The notes: generated by a model from the letters alone, not told the origin. Shown: positions 46,318 through 56,788, numbered from the stretch's first letter. The stretch is 63,263 bases of DNA from a virus (IMGVR_UViG_3300011334_000158:1-63263); one strand, 5' to 3'. Numbers and translations are program-made.

Positions 46318-47328
46318 TTATCCCCTGCCCAAATTATAGATTCCAAGATCAGCAAGACCGCCGCCAGCAAACATTCTACTTGCACCATATATGCTCGCAG
46401 CACCGCCAGCTAATTGAGCAAAAGGCGAAGCTGCCTGTTGGTACATAGTTTGTGTACTCTGTGTAGGAACGCCTTTTATTGCTGCCAAAGCATAATCAAG
46501 TTGCTCATACGGATACCGTTTTTGATTTAAGAAATCTTGATAATCCTGCGTTAATTGTTGCTGTTGCATAGATTGACGTTGCTGACCAACCGAATTCAAC
46601 GCATTGATAATATCTTTCTGCTGACCAAATTGCGTTTGTCCTAAAGTGCCAAGTTGACCTGCCGCTTGAAGTTGAGCCTGCAAACCTTGCAAGCCCATGC
46701 CAGCACCGTACTGACGAGATTGTTCTGTTTGTTGTTGCGCTTGTAGTGCGCGCTGCTGCTCGTTTGCATACAGATTTTGCGCTTGCTCATACGCAGCTTG
46801 AGACCCACGAGCTTGGATATCGCCTATCTGTTGATTAAGATTTCGTTGCGCTTCTGCTTGCAAAATTGCTTGACGAGATCCGCCGTAAGCACCTTGTCCT
46901 ACAGCTTGAGCCTGCTCTTTTTGGCCTGCAATATCACCCTGTCTACGTGCCTCACGCGCTTGAATATCAACTACATTCTGGTAGTAGGGAGACATGTATG
47001 TACCAGCTACTCCCGGCTGGGTAAATGACCCAGTTTGAAATTGAGTAGGCGTGTAGTTAATATCCCCAGCTTTCATGCCAGCAGCACCAGCCATTTGCGT
47101 AGCTGCACCTAATTGCTGTGATGGGCCAAGGTTAGCTACACTTTGCTGGGCAGTTAATTGATAAGGATCAAACCCTGCAATTCTATCTCTGTTGTAAGTT
47201 TGATAGCCTTGATCACCAGCAGCAATTGCTTTCTTCGCCATATTTATCACATCGCCTTGCAACTCCGGCGGATATGATAATTGCGTATTGGTGGTTGACG
47301 TAGGTGTAGAAGCCGATTGACCGCTCAT
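46318..47328 (-). CDS. DNA ejection (pilot) protein (putative)
   Basis: Q/A/G-rich; YMSPY, GAYGGSRQ motifs. Confidence 0.65.
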   Translation of the reverse strand: MSGQSASTPTSTTNTQLSYPPELQGDVINMAKKAIAAGDQGYQTYNRDRIAGFDPYQLTAQQSVANLGPSQQLGAATQMAGAAGMKAGDINYTPTQFQTGSFTQPGVAGTYMSPYYQNVVDIQAREARRQGDIAGQKEQAQAVGQGAYGGSRQAILQAEAQRNLNQQIGDIQARGSQAAYEQAQNLYANEQQRALQAQQQTEQSRQYGAGMGLQGLQAQLQAAGQLGTLGQTQFGQQKDIINALNSVGQQRQSMQQQQLTQDYQDFLNQKRYPYEQLDYALAAIKGVPTQSTQTMYQQAASPFAQLAGGAASIYGASRMFAGGGLADLGIYNLGRG

Positions 47329-47330
47329 AA

Positions 47331-47789
47331 TTACCTCTGCAAAATTTTTGTATACGTTTTGTCGGTGTTTTTATATCCAAGATACTCAAAAAGTTTTGAG
47401 TTATCTAAATGCACTTTTGTATGATAAATAATTCTATGTACGCCTATTTCTTTCATTACTTCTTCTGCATACTTAAACATCTTTATCCCCGTGCGACCTT
47501 TACGATACTCAGGTTTTAAATAATAAATGTCTTCAAACGCAGTAATACATGTGCTGTAGTGCAAGTGTGGCTGGATAATAAATACAATATACCCAATTAA
47601 ATTATCATCATCCATGCAATTAATACAAACCAGCCAACCCAAGTTAGCCATATCAAAATACCGTTTGTAATCTGGAGATAAAGGAAAATCTTTAGTTACG
47701 CATACTTCCTCATAATGAGCTGGAAATATATCTTCCATCTCCTTTAAAAAATTAAAAGGATTTACTGCCTTGTATGTAATGTTACTCAT
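47331..47789 (-). CDS. GNAT acetyltransferase-like virion assembly protein
   Basis: YYLKPEYRKGRTG acetyl-CoA motif; LFEYLGY. Confidence 0.75.
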   Translation of the reverse strand: MSNITYKAVNPFNFLKEMEDIFPAHYEEVCVTKDFPLSPDYKRYFDMANLGWLVCINCMDDDNLIGYIVFIIQPHLHYSTCITAFEDIYYLKPEYRKGRTGIKMFKYAEEVMKEIGVHRIIYHTKVHLDNSKLFEYLGYKNTDKTYTKILQR

Positions 47790-50700
47790 GCGGGCAACAT
47801 ACGATCTGCACCACTCTTAACAGCTACCTTTCCCTGACCAACTGTTTTATTGCGAGCCTGCTGAATTCTATTCATCATCGCATACAGCTTACGGGCACCA
47901 GCATCTGTAGATCCATTTCCAATCTCAGAGACTATGCGAGCTGGAATTACAAACTCACCATCAGCAAGACGGGCAGGCTGCTTGTTGCCAATAGAAGCAG
48001 GAATAGAATCGCTAACTCCATCTCCAGGTCCCTTCAATAAACGACCGCCATCTGAATAATCACCTAGATGATATCCGCCATTAGCATAACCACCTTCAGC
48101 CATATTTCTAGGTTGAGACTGTGCAGAAGAAAGATAAACCTGCTGTGCCGGAGTAAGCGACGCTATGTTTGTGTGCGTGCCAGGAATAATTGGTTGAGCC
48201 TGTGCATATCCTAAAAGAGCCTGCTCTTCAGGCGTAAGCAAAGAACCATAAGACTGCGCGCTTGGCGGTGCAATAGACTGCAAACTAACCATGCCTGGAT
48301 TTGTATTGGCAAATGGCGATGCCTGAGCCACCGCTTGGTTAGGTGTAAAGTTCATGCCGCTTTGTATTGACGGCGTTGCCCTTGCCATCTGCTCATAAAG
48401 ACCAGTCAATCCAAGTTGTTTATTCACATCCTGATATGGCATAGCTCCTTCAATAGAAGCCTGTGGATTAGGCGTAACTTGTGGAGTATATAAGCCAGGA
48501 GAGGATGGCGTAAATGATGAATATTGTCTTCCATAATCTTCCATTTGCTGGCGAGTCATTGTCACCGGAGGAGGAAGAATATCGTTACGACCAACCGTTG
48601 TTACAACAGAAGGAGGCAAAGGAGTTAAAGGCGACGTCTGGCTAGTAAATAAATTAGTAACTTGTTGAGAAGTTAAATTTTGTATTTGAGTAGTGGTTAA
48701 TGCTCCAATACCCGTTGTGTTAATTGCTTGTACTTGATTGGTCGCTAATGTCGAAAGGCCAGTAGTAGCAATTGTTTGCACTTGAGTAGTATCTAATCCT
48801 CCGATACCAGTTGTGCTGATTGCCTGTATTTGATCAGTAGCTAATGTTCCAATACCTGTTGTAGCAATAACTGCTATTTGGTTGCTAGTTAATTGATTGA
48901 TTACTTGCGAAGTTAAATTCTGTACCTGATTTGTGTTTAATGTTGAAATATTAGTCGTAGTAATAGCTTGCAATTGATTGCTATTCAATTGATTAATTAC
49001 TTGCGAGCTTAAATTTTGTACTTGATTAGTAGTTAGTGCTGCAATATTGGTTGTACTAATTGCGTTTACTTGACTACTGTTCAATCCATTAATAACTTGC
49101 GAGCTTAAATTCTGTATCTGCGTAGAGGCCAATGCAGCAATAGCAGATGTTAAGTTTTTAGGATCAGAAACCAAACGTCCAATATATTCGTTGGATGCTT
49201 TCAATTCTGTTTTTAAGTCATTTATAGAAATCTTTTTAGATAAATAATTTTGCAATTCAGCAGCAGTTGGTTTTCTTTGTAAGATATCGCTGTACGTTGA
49301 AGAGATATCATTTGGATTTGCTCCAATTGGAGCTGGAGTATTTTCTTTTGTAAATTGTTCTTTATTTAATTTATTCAAATAATCAACATAAGTATTGGTT
49401 GAAGTAAGAGCATCGCGCAACTTTCCAAAATTAGCGTAATTAGCTTTTTTGTAGTTAGCCAACTCACCAGCAGTCATCTCACGACCCCAGTAGTATTTAG
49501 CTTGCGCCTGCAATTCTTTTTCGGTAAACGGATCTTTTGTGCCGCGAGCTATAGATATATCAGGCGACTTATTAACCTTATTTGCCAAATCTTGAATAGT
49601 TCCTTTGGTACCAACATACGCATCCAACTCATCTTTGGTGGCTTTGCGACCAACAACTTCTTGGAAAACTTGTTGTACATCTTCTGGCTCGTATGGTTTG
49701 GTAGTTTTACTATCCCATCCAGTAAGAGCATTTACTTTACCGTATTCAAGTTTTTGATATTCTGGCAGTTTTTGTTCTGGCGCCCATGTCCCATTAGGTT
49801 GAATTACATACTTTACTGAACCTGATGAAGTGGGAACAGTAACAGTTTGTGGATTGTTACTAGTGCTGCCTAAACCACCGGTAGTTGTTGATGTTGTAGT
49901 AGTAGTAGCATTGCTTGTAGCTTTAGGAATAGCTGAAATGCCGCGAGTACCAATACTTTCACCGCGAGCAGTTGCTGTAGAGAAATCTTGTAATGCTTTT
50001 CCTTGTGCGTCGGTTGCTTGGGTAACTTCATCCTGTTGTTTTTGTAAAGCTGATTTAGCAAGATTTGTTAAACCTGAATATTGATTTGCGGCAATCGTGA
50101 AGTTGCCTTTACTATCCATCAAGCCAGCATCAGTAAGAGCTTGTTTCAATGCAACAACATCCTTAGATTGGCGACTTGCTTCTGCGTTCCACCCTGAAGT
50201 TAATCCTGACAAACCACCAGTAATGTCTTTCCCTGTGGAATCTTTACCTGTGTATTCAGCAAGTTTGGCAAGCGCAGGAGCAATTTTATCTGCGTACAAA
50301 GTGCTTTCTGCTTGCTGAGCATTTTCCGCCGATACTTTATTCATAAAAGCAGCAGCGTAATCTGTAGCTTTTAAAGAAGTATTATTAACGTAATCAGTTA
50401 ATAATTTATTTACTGCGTTGTATTCATTTGTTTGATTTGTTTTTTGTGCCGTAGCTTTTTTTGGGTCAGATAAATCAACATCTGTTTTAGGTATTTTTTG
50501 ATAAACAACATTAAGTCCATCATTAAGATTTTTTTGTTGATCTTTAACTAAGCCTTGTAAATAGTTATAAGCCTCTTCATACCCTGGCTTTACAGCCTTG
50601 GTTTTTGGATCAATATATGTTTTTAATCTACTTTCAACACTTTCTAATTGTTCTTTTTGTTGCTTTAAAGTTGGAGCATAAGTTGACACTGTATTTTCAG

Positions 50701-52354
50701 CAGTAAATCCTTTGTCGGGCGCTTTAACACCAGACAAATCAATACTTTTAATACCTGTCTTAGCCCAATTTTGTTCTGCTATTAACGCATTTTTAGCAGC
50801 AGTTTGTTGCGGAGTAAGAGTTGCAATTCCAGTTGTTGCAGCGTTGCTTGTAGCGGTATTAGTTGTACCAGCAGTTATGGTTGCAGCATTGCTTGTCGCT
50901 GTATTGGCTCCACCAGCAGTTATCGTTGCTGGTGCAGCTTTGGCGGCTGTATCAATAGCGTTGTATAGAGCAATCAAATCCTTAGTATAGACCTTGTTAG
51001 TTACGCCCCAATTAGTTTCTGTAGTTGTTCTTATAAACTTGGAAGGATCAATGCCTAATTGATTTGCAACTTTTACAAGATCAGCCCAACTAGAACCAGT
51101 ACCAGGAATAGATGTTTGACTTAAACCGTTAATTGAAGTTTTTTTTAATCCATAACTAGCAGCGCTATTTGTAGTAGAACCACCAGCAGCCATAGACCTC
51201 TCTTGTCCGTTATACGGATTGGTATTGTCATCCGTAGCTGGATAAACTACGTTTTGAGGAATTGGGTTCTGTCTGTGAGTAGAATACTGCGGCGTATTTT
51301 GATATGCCATTGGATAGCTAGGATTATCCATTAACGAATTCTGTTGCGACATCTGCTCTACCGGCAAAGATGTTGATCCACCGTCAGCAAAATACGAACG
51401 CTCCGCCGAGCTTCCAGGCTCCCTAGAGGATGGATTAAATTCTCTGTTCCAATCATATTGATTAACTTTGTAATGCGGTCTGCTAGGTGCTTTTGGCTCT
51501 TCTCTAGACATAGCAAGCGTACCAAGACCACCAGCCAAAAGATAATTCTTGTTCTGTTTTAAAAACTCGTCACGCGCTTTTTCTGCTTCTGGCCCAGACC
51601 CAGATAAAAGATCGTATGCTTTGCCAGGCATACTTTTTAATTTATCAAAAGCTGTAGCAGACTCAACAGATTGCGCTCCAGCAGGCATTCCTGTTGTTGG
51701 ATTTACAGAACTTGAAGCAACTACGGGTGCAGCTGGTTGTGCAGTCCCACCAAAAACAGTCGGCTGTGGTGGTGGCTGTCCTGGCAATTGCGCGCCAGGA
51801 GCATAAGCACCAGTACCAGTAGCCGCTTGTAATCCAATAGGAACTTGACTTGCAGCCGCGCCAGTAGCAGCGCCAGCTCCTCCAGCCATACCTGCCCCCA
51901 TTGTGTTACCAAGAGTAGAAGTTGCTTGCGCTCCCATATTTGCCGCATTTTGTGCAGCAATTGTATTTGCCGAACCAAGCGCGCCAGCAGTAGCAGCTTC
52001 AGCACCGCCCATCAATCCAGCACCTAAGCCTGCGCCACCATAAGCGCCCAAGCCCATCATCAAACCTTTGCTCAAACTACCAGTCATAGCAGCACCAGCG
52101 CCACCAACCATCATAGCCGCCATAGGAGCGCCAACGCCTGTAGCCGCTAATGCAGCTCCAGCTACCATAGGAAGAATAGCCGACAGGAAGCCAGCCTCTG
52201 GCAAGCCAGTATGTGGGTTGATAGTCAAGGATCCACCGTGCGCCATGGCTAAGGATTGCAGTCCGTTAACCTCACCTGGGGTCATGTGGACAAGTACCTT
52301 ATCCTCACCGCGACCAGCGGTTTGAAGATGGTTAGCTAGGGTATGCAGGCTCAT
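47786..52354 (-). CDS. Large internal virion protein with repeats and a tape-measure-like C-terminal motif
   Basis: GRGEDKVLVHM..INPHTGLPE N-terminus; GPGDGVSDSIPA..LADGEFVIPA C-terminus. Confidence 0.7.
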   Translation of the reverse strand: MSLHTLANHLQTAGRGEDKVLVHMTPGEVNGLQSLAMAHGGSLTINPHTGLPEAGFLSAILPMVAGAALAATGVGAPMAAMMVGGAGAAMTGSLSKGLMMGLGAYGGAGLGAGLMGGAEAATAGALGSANTIAAQNAANMGAQATSTLGNTMGAGMAGGAGAATGAAASQVPIGLQAATGTGAYAPGAQLPGQPPPQPTVFGGTAQPAAPVVASSSVNPTTGMPAGAQSVESATAFDKLKSMPGKAYDLLSGSGPEAEKARDEFLKQNKNYLLAGGLGTLAMSREEPKAPSRPHYKVNQYDWNREFNPSSREPGSSAERSYFADGGSTSLPVEQMSQQNSLMDNPSYPMAYQNTPQYSTHRQNPIPQNVVYPATDDNTNPYNGQERSMAAGGSTTNSAASYGLKKTSINGLSQTSIPGTGSSWADLVKVANQLGIDPSKFIRTTTETNWGVTNKVYTKDLIALYNAIDTAAKAAPATITAGGANTATSNAATITAGTTNTATSNAATTGIATLTPQQTAAKNALIAEQNWAKTGIKSIDLSGVKAPDKGFTAENTVSTYAPTLKQQKEQLESVESRLKTYIDPKTKAVKPGYEEAYNYLQGLVKDQQKNLNDGLNVVYQKIPKTDVDLSDPKKATAQKTNQTNEYNAVNKLLTDYVNNTSLKATDYAAAFMNKVSAENAQQAESTLYADKIAPALAKLAEYTGKDSTGKDITGGLSGLTSGWNAEASRQSKDVVALKQALTDAGLMDSKGNFTIAANQYSGLTNLAKSALQKQQDEVTQATDAQGKALQDFSTATARGESIGTRGISAIPKATSNATTTTTSTTTGGLGSTSNNPQTVTVPTSSGSVKYVIQPNGTWAPEQKLPEYQKLEYGKVNALTGWDSKTTKPYEPEDVQQVFQEVVGRKATKDELDAYVGTKGTIQDLANKVNKSPDISIARGTKDPFTEKELQAQAKYYWGREMTAGELANYKKANYANFGKLRDALTSTNTYVDYLNKLNKEQFTKENTPAPIGANPNDISSTYSDILQRKPTAAELQNYLSKKISINDLKTELKASNEYIGRLVSDPKNLTSAIAALASTQIQNLSSQVINGLNSSQVNAISTTNIAALTTNQVQNLSSQVINQLNSNQLQAITTTNISTLNTNQVQNLTSQVINQLTSNQIAVIATTGIGTLATDQIQAISTTGIGGLDTTQVQTIATTGLSTLATNQVQAINTTGIGALTTTQIQNLTSQQVTNLFTSQTSPLTPLPPSVVTTVGRNDILPPPVTMTRQQMEDYGRQYSSFTPSSPGLYTPQVTPNPQASIEGAMPYQDVNKQLGLTGLYEQMARATPSIQSGMNFTPNQAVAQASPFANTNPGMVSLQSIAPPSAQSYGSLLTPEEQALLGYAQAQPIIPGTHTNIASLTPAQQVYLSSAQSQPRNMAEGGYANGGYHLGDYSDGGRLLKGPGDGVSDSIPASIGNKQPARLADGEFVIPARIVSEIGNGSTDAGARKLYAMMNRIQQARNKTVGQGKVAVKSGADRMLPA

Positions 52355-52355
52355 G

Positions 52356-52670
52356 TTAAGACACCTTTATCTTTAATACATTAGTGGCAACGTCATAATA
52401 AACATCACCGATTCGTAATCTTCCGGCGGCTTCGTCTGTGCTAGTGGCAAAACTAACGCTGGTGTTTCCTGTTTTGCCATCAAAAACGCTAAAATTTAAT
52501 GCAGCAACAACAGTATTTCCAAATCGTTGCACAGACCCAGCACTTACCCCAGGGTTGTCAAGTTGCGCAAAATATAGGCGCAAAATGTTGTTCAATTGAT
52601 CTTGATAATCTCGGCTATATTCTATCGGAGCAACTGGCAGAGCGGGAGATTTTGTGGTACCAGTTGACAT
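52356..52670 (-). CDS. Putative tail protein
   Basis: LRLYFAQLD; position after the nozzle gene. Confidence 0.55.
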   Translation of the reverse strand: MSTGTTKSPALPVAPIEYSRDYQDQLNNILRLYFAQLDNPGVSAGSVQRFGNTVVAALNFSVFDGKTGNTSVSFATSTDEAAGRLRIGDVYYDVATNVLKIKVS

Positions 52671-52672
52671 GA

Positions 52673-54808
52673 TTATCTCCTGCCGTCTGATCTTAAATCA
52701 ATACGTGGTACGCCAAGCTGCCATTGGCATCCTAGTTGATCCGAGCTAACCTTTAAAGCCATTTGCCTACCGCGAAGTCTTGTATACACAATCTGAGTAA
52801 ACTCCTGAACCGTATAGTTTCTTTGGTACTCGTAAGACTGTGTGGATGTAACTGTCGGCGTATCAGAAGTTCCGTAAGGAGCGCCAGGGTTTTGTCTAGG
52901 TCTAACCGTGAATGTTGTTTGCGGTTTATCTACTCCGTTAGATCCGTCAAACGTAATGTCAGGAATAATCCGCCATACAAACCCGTAGTTATGTCCATCG
53001 CCTATATCAAAGTCTGATGATTGGATGTACGCATTAATAGGCAAAGATGTTCCGGTAACTTCAACATTGTCATTTCCATTCTCATGGTAGACAAGAGTAT
53101 GCTGATAACTGGCGCCAATAGGATAATCGCGCAGCGGGCTATCTAGCCATGCCGACCTGCCTAGCGATCCGTAATACCAAACTTTATCAAGATAGTTGAA
53201 GATTACGTATCTATCTACAACGGTAGAATTTGCCGAACAATAAAACCACCAAATCTCACTGTATCCCTCATTAGATCCGCATATCGTTTGGTAGCTTTGC
53301 TCTAAATTTATATCGCCAAAAACATATTGCCTTAAGGAGCATGGTAGTGTTTCAACCCTACCTGTATAAGCGTAGAACTTATCTTTACCCATCCAGTAAA
53401 CAATATTGTTTGCTGCGCCAATAGCATTAGGTCCAATAATAGAAATATTGTTGGACATAATATTAAAGCCCCAAACATACGGCGGGCCCAAATACTGCAT
53501 GGAATACACAGCAGCATCAGTTAAAACAAGTATCTCTTGCCTTGTCTGTATTGCAGTAACAATGGTAGACCCAGAGGAAAGACGGTAACTACCAGCTTGA
53601 TTAGTAATACTAGGCGTCCATACCGCATAGTTTTCTTGATCTGACCAGCGTATCAATAAAGGATCTTGAATGCTTGATCCATAATCGTTGGCTCCAAACG
53701 CAATCACAAATCGTGACGCATCAGATACCATAACTTGCGCAACAACTACGGGACAGTCAGCATCAGTTTGGTATATGCCAGAACTACCAGACGAAAGTAA
53801 CACCGCCCTATTTCCAAATGTAAGAACATTAGCCCCAGAGTAAGTTGGAACCCACATGTACATAGGCCCATTACGAGGATTAATAATTAAATACTCACCA
53901 AAGGTTGCTTGCGACCACAGCCGCAATTGAAAGCCTAAACTTTCAGTAGAAGATACTCCCCAGCCAGTATATGTTGTTGCGTTAGATACTATCGAGGCAT
54001 TTGCATGACTGGTGGCTATGGTGCCGTTTGCGCCGCGAGAAGATCCAGTAAATATGGTTGCCGTGTTGCCTGTGTATCGAATTAATTCTTGGTCTATTAA
54101 AATAGATCCATTGCCAGAAGCAAATCCGGTAGTAGAAACTACGGTTACATTGGTATTAGATGAATTTAATGCGGCAGATAAAGTTGTCTGCTGAACGCCA
54201 GGGATAACACCGCCCCACAATCCAGCTCCCCATCCCGTTGCATAACTAAATGTAGCAAGACCTACGTTTATTTGAAATGCCGCCACCACAGCAGCGCCGC
54301 CGCCTGACGTACTTGCATTTGCAGCAGAACCTGCTTGGATGGTAAATGTATTTGTATTAACATAAGTAATCTCATATTCACCATTGAGATCCAAACCAGC
54401 TACCGCCGTTGCACCTGAAAAAGTTACGAAGTCGTTAGTAATTCCACCAAATGCCGGTGCGTTAACAGTAACAGTTGTACTTCCGTTTACCGTTGTAAAT
54501 GGATTGTTTGGCAAAGAAATAGTGGTTCTTATTGGCGTAATGTCGTAATACGCCCCACCATTTTCTACATAATATTTAAGATTGGTGCCGACACCTAGCA
54601 AGTTATAGCCTTGCAGAGTCACCCAATTTATAAGCGCCCTACATGTACCCTCAAATGTATTAGAAGATATAGGAGCCCATCCACCTAGTTTTTGTGGATA
54701 TCCAGAACGAAACCGAATCTTGTCGCACTCGTACCAACCGCCTTCGTTGGCAAGTGTTGTGCCCTCGCGGTTAATACCTGGACGAAATTGTAAGAGCTGT
54801 AATGGCAT
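52673..54808 (-). CDS. Tail nozzle / packaged-DNA stabilisation protein (P22 gp10-like)
   Basis: Beta-propeller-like; IRWSDQE, YWMG..KFY.Y.G, SEIWWFY motifs. Confidence 0.75.
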   Translation of the reverse strand: MPLQLLQFRPGINREGTTLANEGGWYECDKIRFRSGYPQKLGGWAPISSNTFEGTCRALINWVTLQGYNLLGVGTNLKYYVENGGAYYDITPIRTTISLPNNPFTTVNGSTTVTVNAPAFGGITNDFVTFSGATAVAGLDLNGEYEITYVNTNTFTIQAGSAANASTSGGGAAVVAAFQINVGLATFSYATGWGAGLWGGVIPGVQQTTLSAALNSSNTNVTVVSTTGFASGNGSILIDQELIRYTGNTATIFTGSSRGANGTIATSHANASIVSNATTYTGWGVSSTESLGFQLRLWSQATFGEYLIINPRNGPMYMWVPTYSGANVLTFGNRAVLLSSGSSGIYQTDADCPVVVAQVMVSDASRFVIAFGANDYGSSIQDPLLIRWSDQENYAVWTPSITNQAGSYRLSSGSTIVTAIQTRQEILVLTDAAVYSMQYLGPPYVWGFNIMSNNISIIGPNAIGAANNIVYWMGKDKFYAYTGRVETLPCSLRQYVFGDINLEQSYQTICGSNEGYSEIWWFYCSANSTVVDRYVIFNYLDKVWYYGSLGRSAWLDSPLRDYPIGASYQHTLVYHENGNDNVEVTGTSLPINAYIQSSDFDIGDGHNYGFVWRIIPDITFDGSNGVDKPQTTFTVRPRQNPGAPYGTSDTPTVTSTQSYEYQRNYTVQEFTQIVYTRLRGRQMALKVSSDQLGCQWQLGVPRIDLRSDGRR

Positions 54809-54810
54809 TT

Positions 54811-55290
54811 TTACCCACCCAAATACAAAGCACGTTCGTCTTTGCGGCGGTTCTCAAGTCCTTTTAAGACTTTGCCACCGGCTTTGCAATACTTTAGAAG
54901 TTCATCAGCAGCGCCCTCAACATCACCGCGATTATGCTTTTGTCGCAGAGTGCTGCGCTGAAGCGTTCCCAAACCTACATTAAAGCTGAAGCTAACCAGA
55001 GCGTCCATCCAGCCTTGGCGAGAGCCAGCATTAGGACAATATTTAAGAACTCCGCGCTCGAACTTCTCAAGGTCTTTTGCAAGTATGGCATCGACTTCTT
55101 CCATTGTAAATACACGATTCCAGCCTTCTGGGCAAGGCAAACTTAGTCTGTCTTCAAACGGCACTTTTGCATGATTAGCTTCAATTACATGGCCCACGCC
55201 GACAGTCCAAAGTCGGGCAGGGCACCGGTACGGTTTTACTCGCACACCCTCGTGGTGCTTAATCATATTAAGTGCTTTTGCGCTAATCAT
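54811..55290 (-). CDS. Endolysin, GH24 lysozyme
   Basis: HEG...PYRCPA.LWTVGVGH, ALVSFSFNVG, GLENRR..E. Confidence 0.9.
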   Translation of the reverse strand: MISAKALNMIKHHEGVRVKPYRCPARLWTVGVGHVIEANHAKVPFEDRLSLPCPEGWNRVFTMEEVDAILAKDLEKFERGVLKYCPNAGSRQGWMDALVSFSFNVGLGTLQRSTLRQKHNRGDVEGAADELLKYCKAGGKVLKGLENRRKDERALYLGG

Positions 55291-55429
55291 TATTTTGTTT
55301 TGCTTCTAGTTCGCGCAGGTCGTTAGCTACGTCAGAAACCCCGTGCCAATCCTGCAAAGCAACCATGACTTGTAGGTAGTCTAGAAGTATTTCTTTCTGC
55401 GTATCAAAATCAGAATAGTCTTTCATCAT
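55283..55429 (-). CDS. 48-aa hypothetical protein (..QDWHGVSDVANDLRELE..)
   Basis: Translated by hand; ATGA coupling. Confidence 0.55.
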   Translation of the reverse strand: MMKDYSDFDTQKEILLDYLQVMVALQDWHGVSDVANDLRELEAKQNND

Positions 55430-55941
55430 TTTCCAAATGCCCTTCCACCGAAATGAAATGCAATTATTGAAGCAAACAATGCTTGCGTTTCATTATCCCA
55501 AAGCTGATCTGCCAATACATTAAATTCAACGCCGCTTGTAATTCCTTTATAAGCTAGTGTGGCGTCTATCGCTACAAGCAAAAAAAAGAATCCATAAGTA
55601 ATGACTGGTCGAACAGAGGCGCGGAGGTCTTTCATCCACTGCGAAGTACCTTCGTTTAGGCTAGTGTCGTGCGCGTAGATTGCTTGCATCTCTGCCTGTT
55701 GTGCGTCGATTAGCGAGACTTTTTCCGTAGATTGTGTCTGAGTTTTAATTTCATCTAGCTTAATTTCTTCTATGTGTTGTTGCGCAACATACCCTGCGGC
55801 GGCTAGTTGTAGTTCCCGTTCGGTCTGCATCTGAGCCAGTTTTAGCTCATGGGACTTATCTGCGCGGTCTTGGAAAAAATCTAGTACCTTGGGTAATCCA
55901 CCCATTAAAAACGATACAAGCGTCGAAAAGATTGTAAGCAT
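55426..55941 (-). CDS. Holin-like membrane protein
   Basis: RASVRPVITY + TM helices + FHFGGR; upstream of the endolysin. Confidence 0.65.
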   Translation of the reverse strand: MLTIFSTLVSFLMGGLPKVLDFFQDRADKSHELKLAQMQTERELQLAAAGYVAQQHIEEIKLDEIKTQTQSTEKVSLIDAQQAEMQAIYAHDTSLNEGTSQWMKDLRASVRPVITYGFFFLLVAIDATLAYKGITSGVEFNVLADQLWDNETQALFASIIAFHFGGRAFGK

Positions 55942-56234
55942 TATGGCTCCTGCATTTCTAATAAAATTTTGGCGCGTAGTTCACGCATTTTCTTTATTTC
56001 TTCCATCGCTACGGCTGTTGCGTTGTTCATATCCATATACATAATTCCCATGATTGGCAGAGCAATCACTAACACAAAACACAAGACCACCACGGCGATG
56101 AGTAGTGACCACGGTACGTCTGACTCGTTCTTATTAGTATCATCACCCATACGAACCACAACATTATGAACAGAACCGCGATTATTGACGTTAGTTGTTC
56201 CTTGAGCTTTCTTTTTATATTTGCCCGTCGCCAT
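55941..56234 (-). CDS. Single-TM membrane protein (lysis region)
   Basis: Hydrophobic helix; true start probably internal (MGDDT). Confidence 0.55.
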   Translation of the reverse strand: MATGKYKKKAQGTTNVNNRGSVHNVVVRMGDDTNKNESDVPWSLLIAVVVLCFVLVIALPIMGIMYMDMNNATAVAMEEIKKMRELRAKILLEMQEP

Positions 56235-56779
56235 TTTGCAATCTGATCCTGCTTAAGCTCTTCGACATGTGCTGCCTCCTGCTCGGCAACAATACGCTCC
56301 CACATCGTCTCAAACTTACCCCACAATGCACCTAATTCTTTAGGTGCTTGATAGACCATTGTTTCGCGTATTTCCACAAGCATCGCATCTAGTCTAGCTG
56401 TGATAATGATTCTACGCAAAGCACGACGACCAATACTTTCTTCGCCTTTATAAACTTTCCTGCCTGATAGCTCTTCCTGCAATAGCGCTTTACTTAAGGC
56501 ATCATACGCATCCATCAGAGCGCCTAACTGGTTACCAATCTCAGTGTAAACGTCGTTGGGATCTGCCTTTGCTATCTCCTGTACTCGCTGAACTTCTGCG
56601 TTGTACTGCATCTTTTGTGCGGGAGTTGGATCTACTACTTTGTGAAACTGTGCCTTTAAATCATCTAATACTTCACGTACATCGCCCGCTGCGTTTTTAA
56701 CGTCTTTGTATAGTTGTGTGGCTTTCTTTACCGCCACCACCGCCGCATTTGCAGCGGCTAACAAAGTTAACGGGTCAAT
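56069..56779 (-). CDS. Coiled-coil membrane protein (lysis region); possible ATT start
   Basis: C-terminal TM helix; SD GAGG 5 nt before an in-frame ATT GAC CCG. Confidence 0.6.
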   Translation of the reverse strand: MDPLTLLAAANAAVVAVKKATQLYKDVKNAAGDVREVLDDLKAQFHKVVDPTPAQKMQYNAEVQRVQEIAKADPNDVYTEIGNQLGALMDAYDALSKALLQEELSGRKVYKGEESIGRRALRRIIITARLDAMLVEIRETMVYQAPKELGALWGKFETMWERIVAEQEAAHVEELKQDQIAKWRRANIKRKLKEQLTSIIAVLFIMLWFVWVMILIRTSQTYRGHYSSPWWSCVLC

Positions 56780-56788
56780 TTTTTCCTC

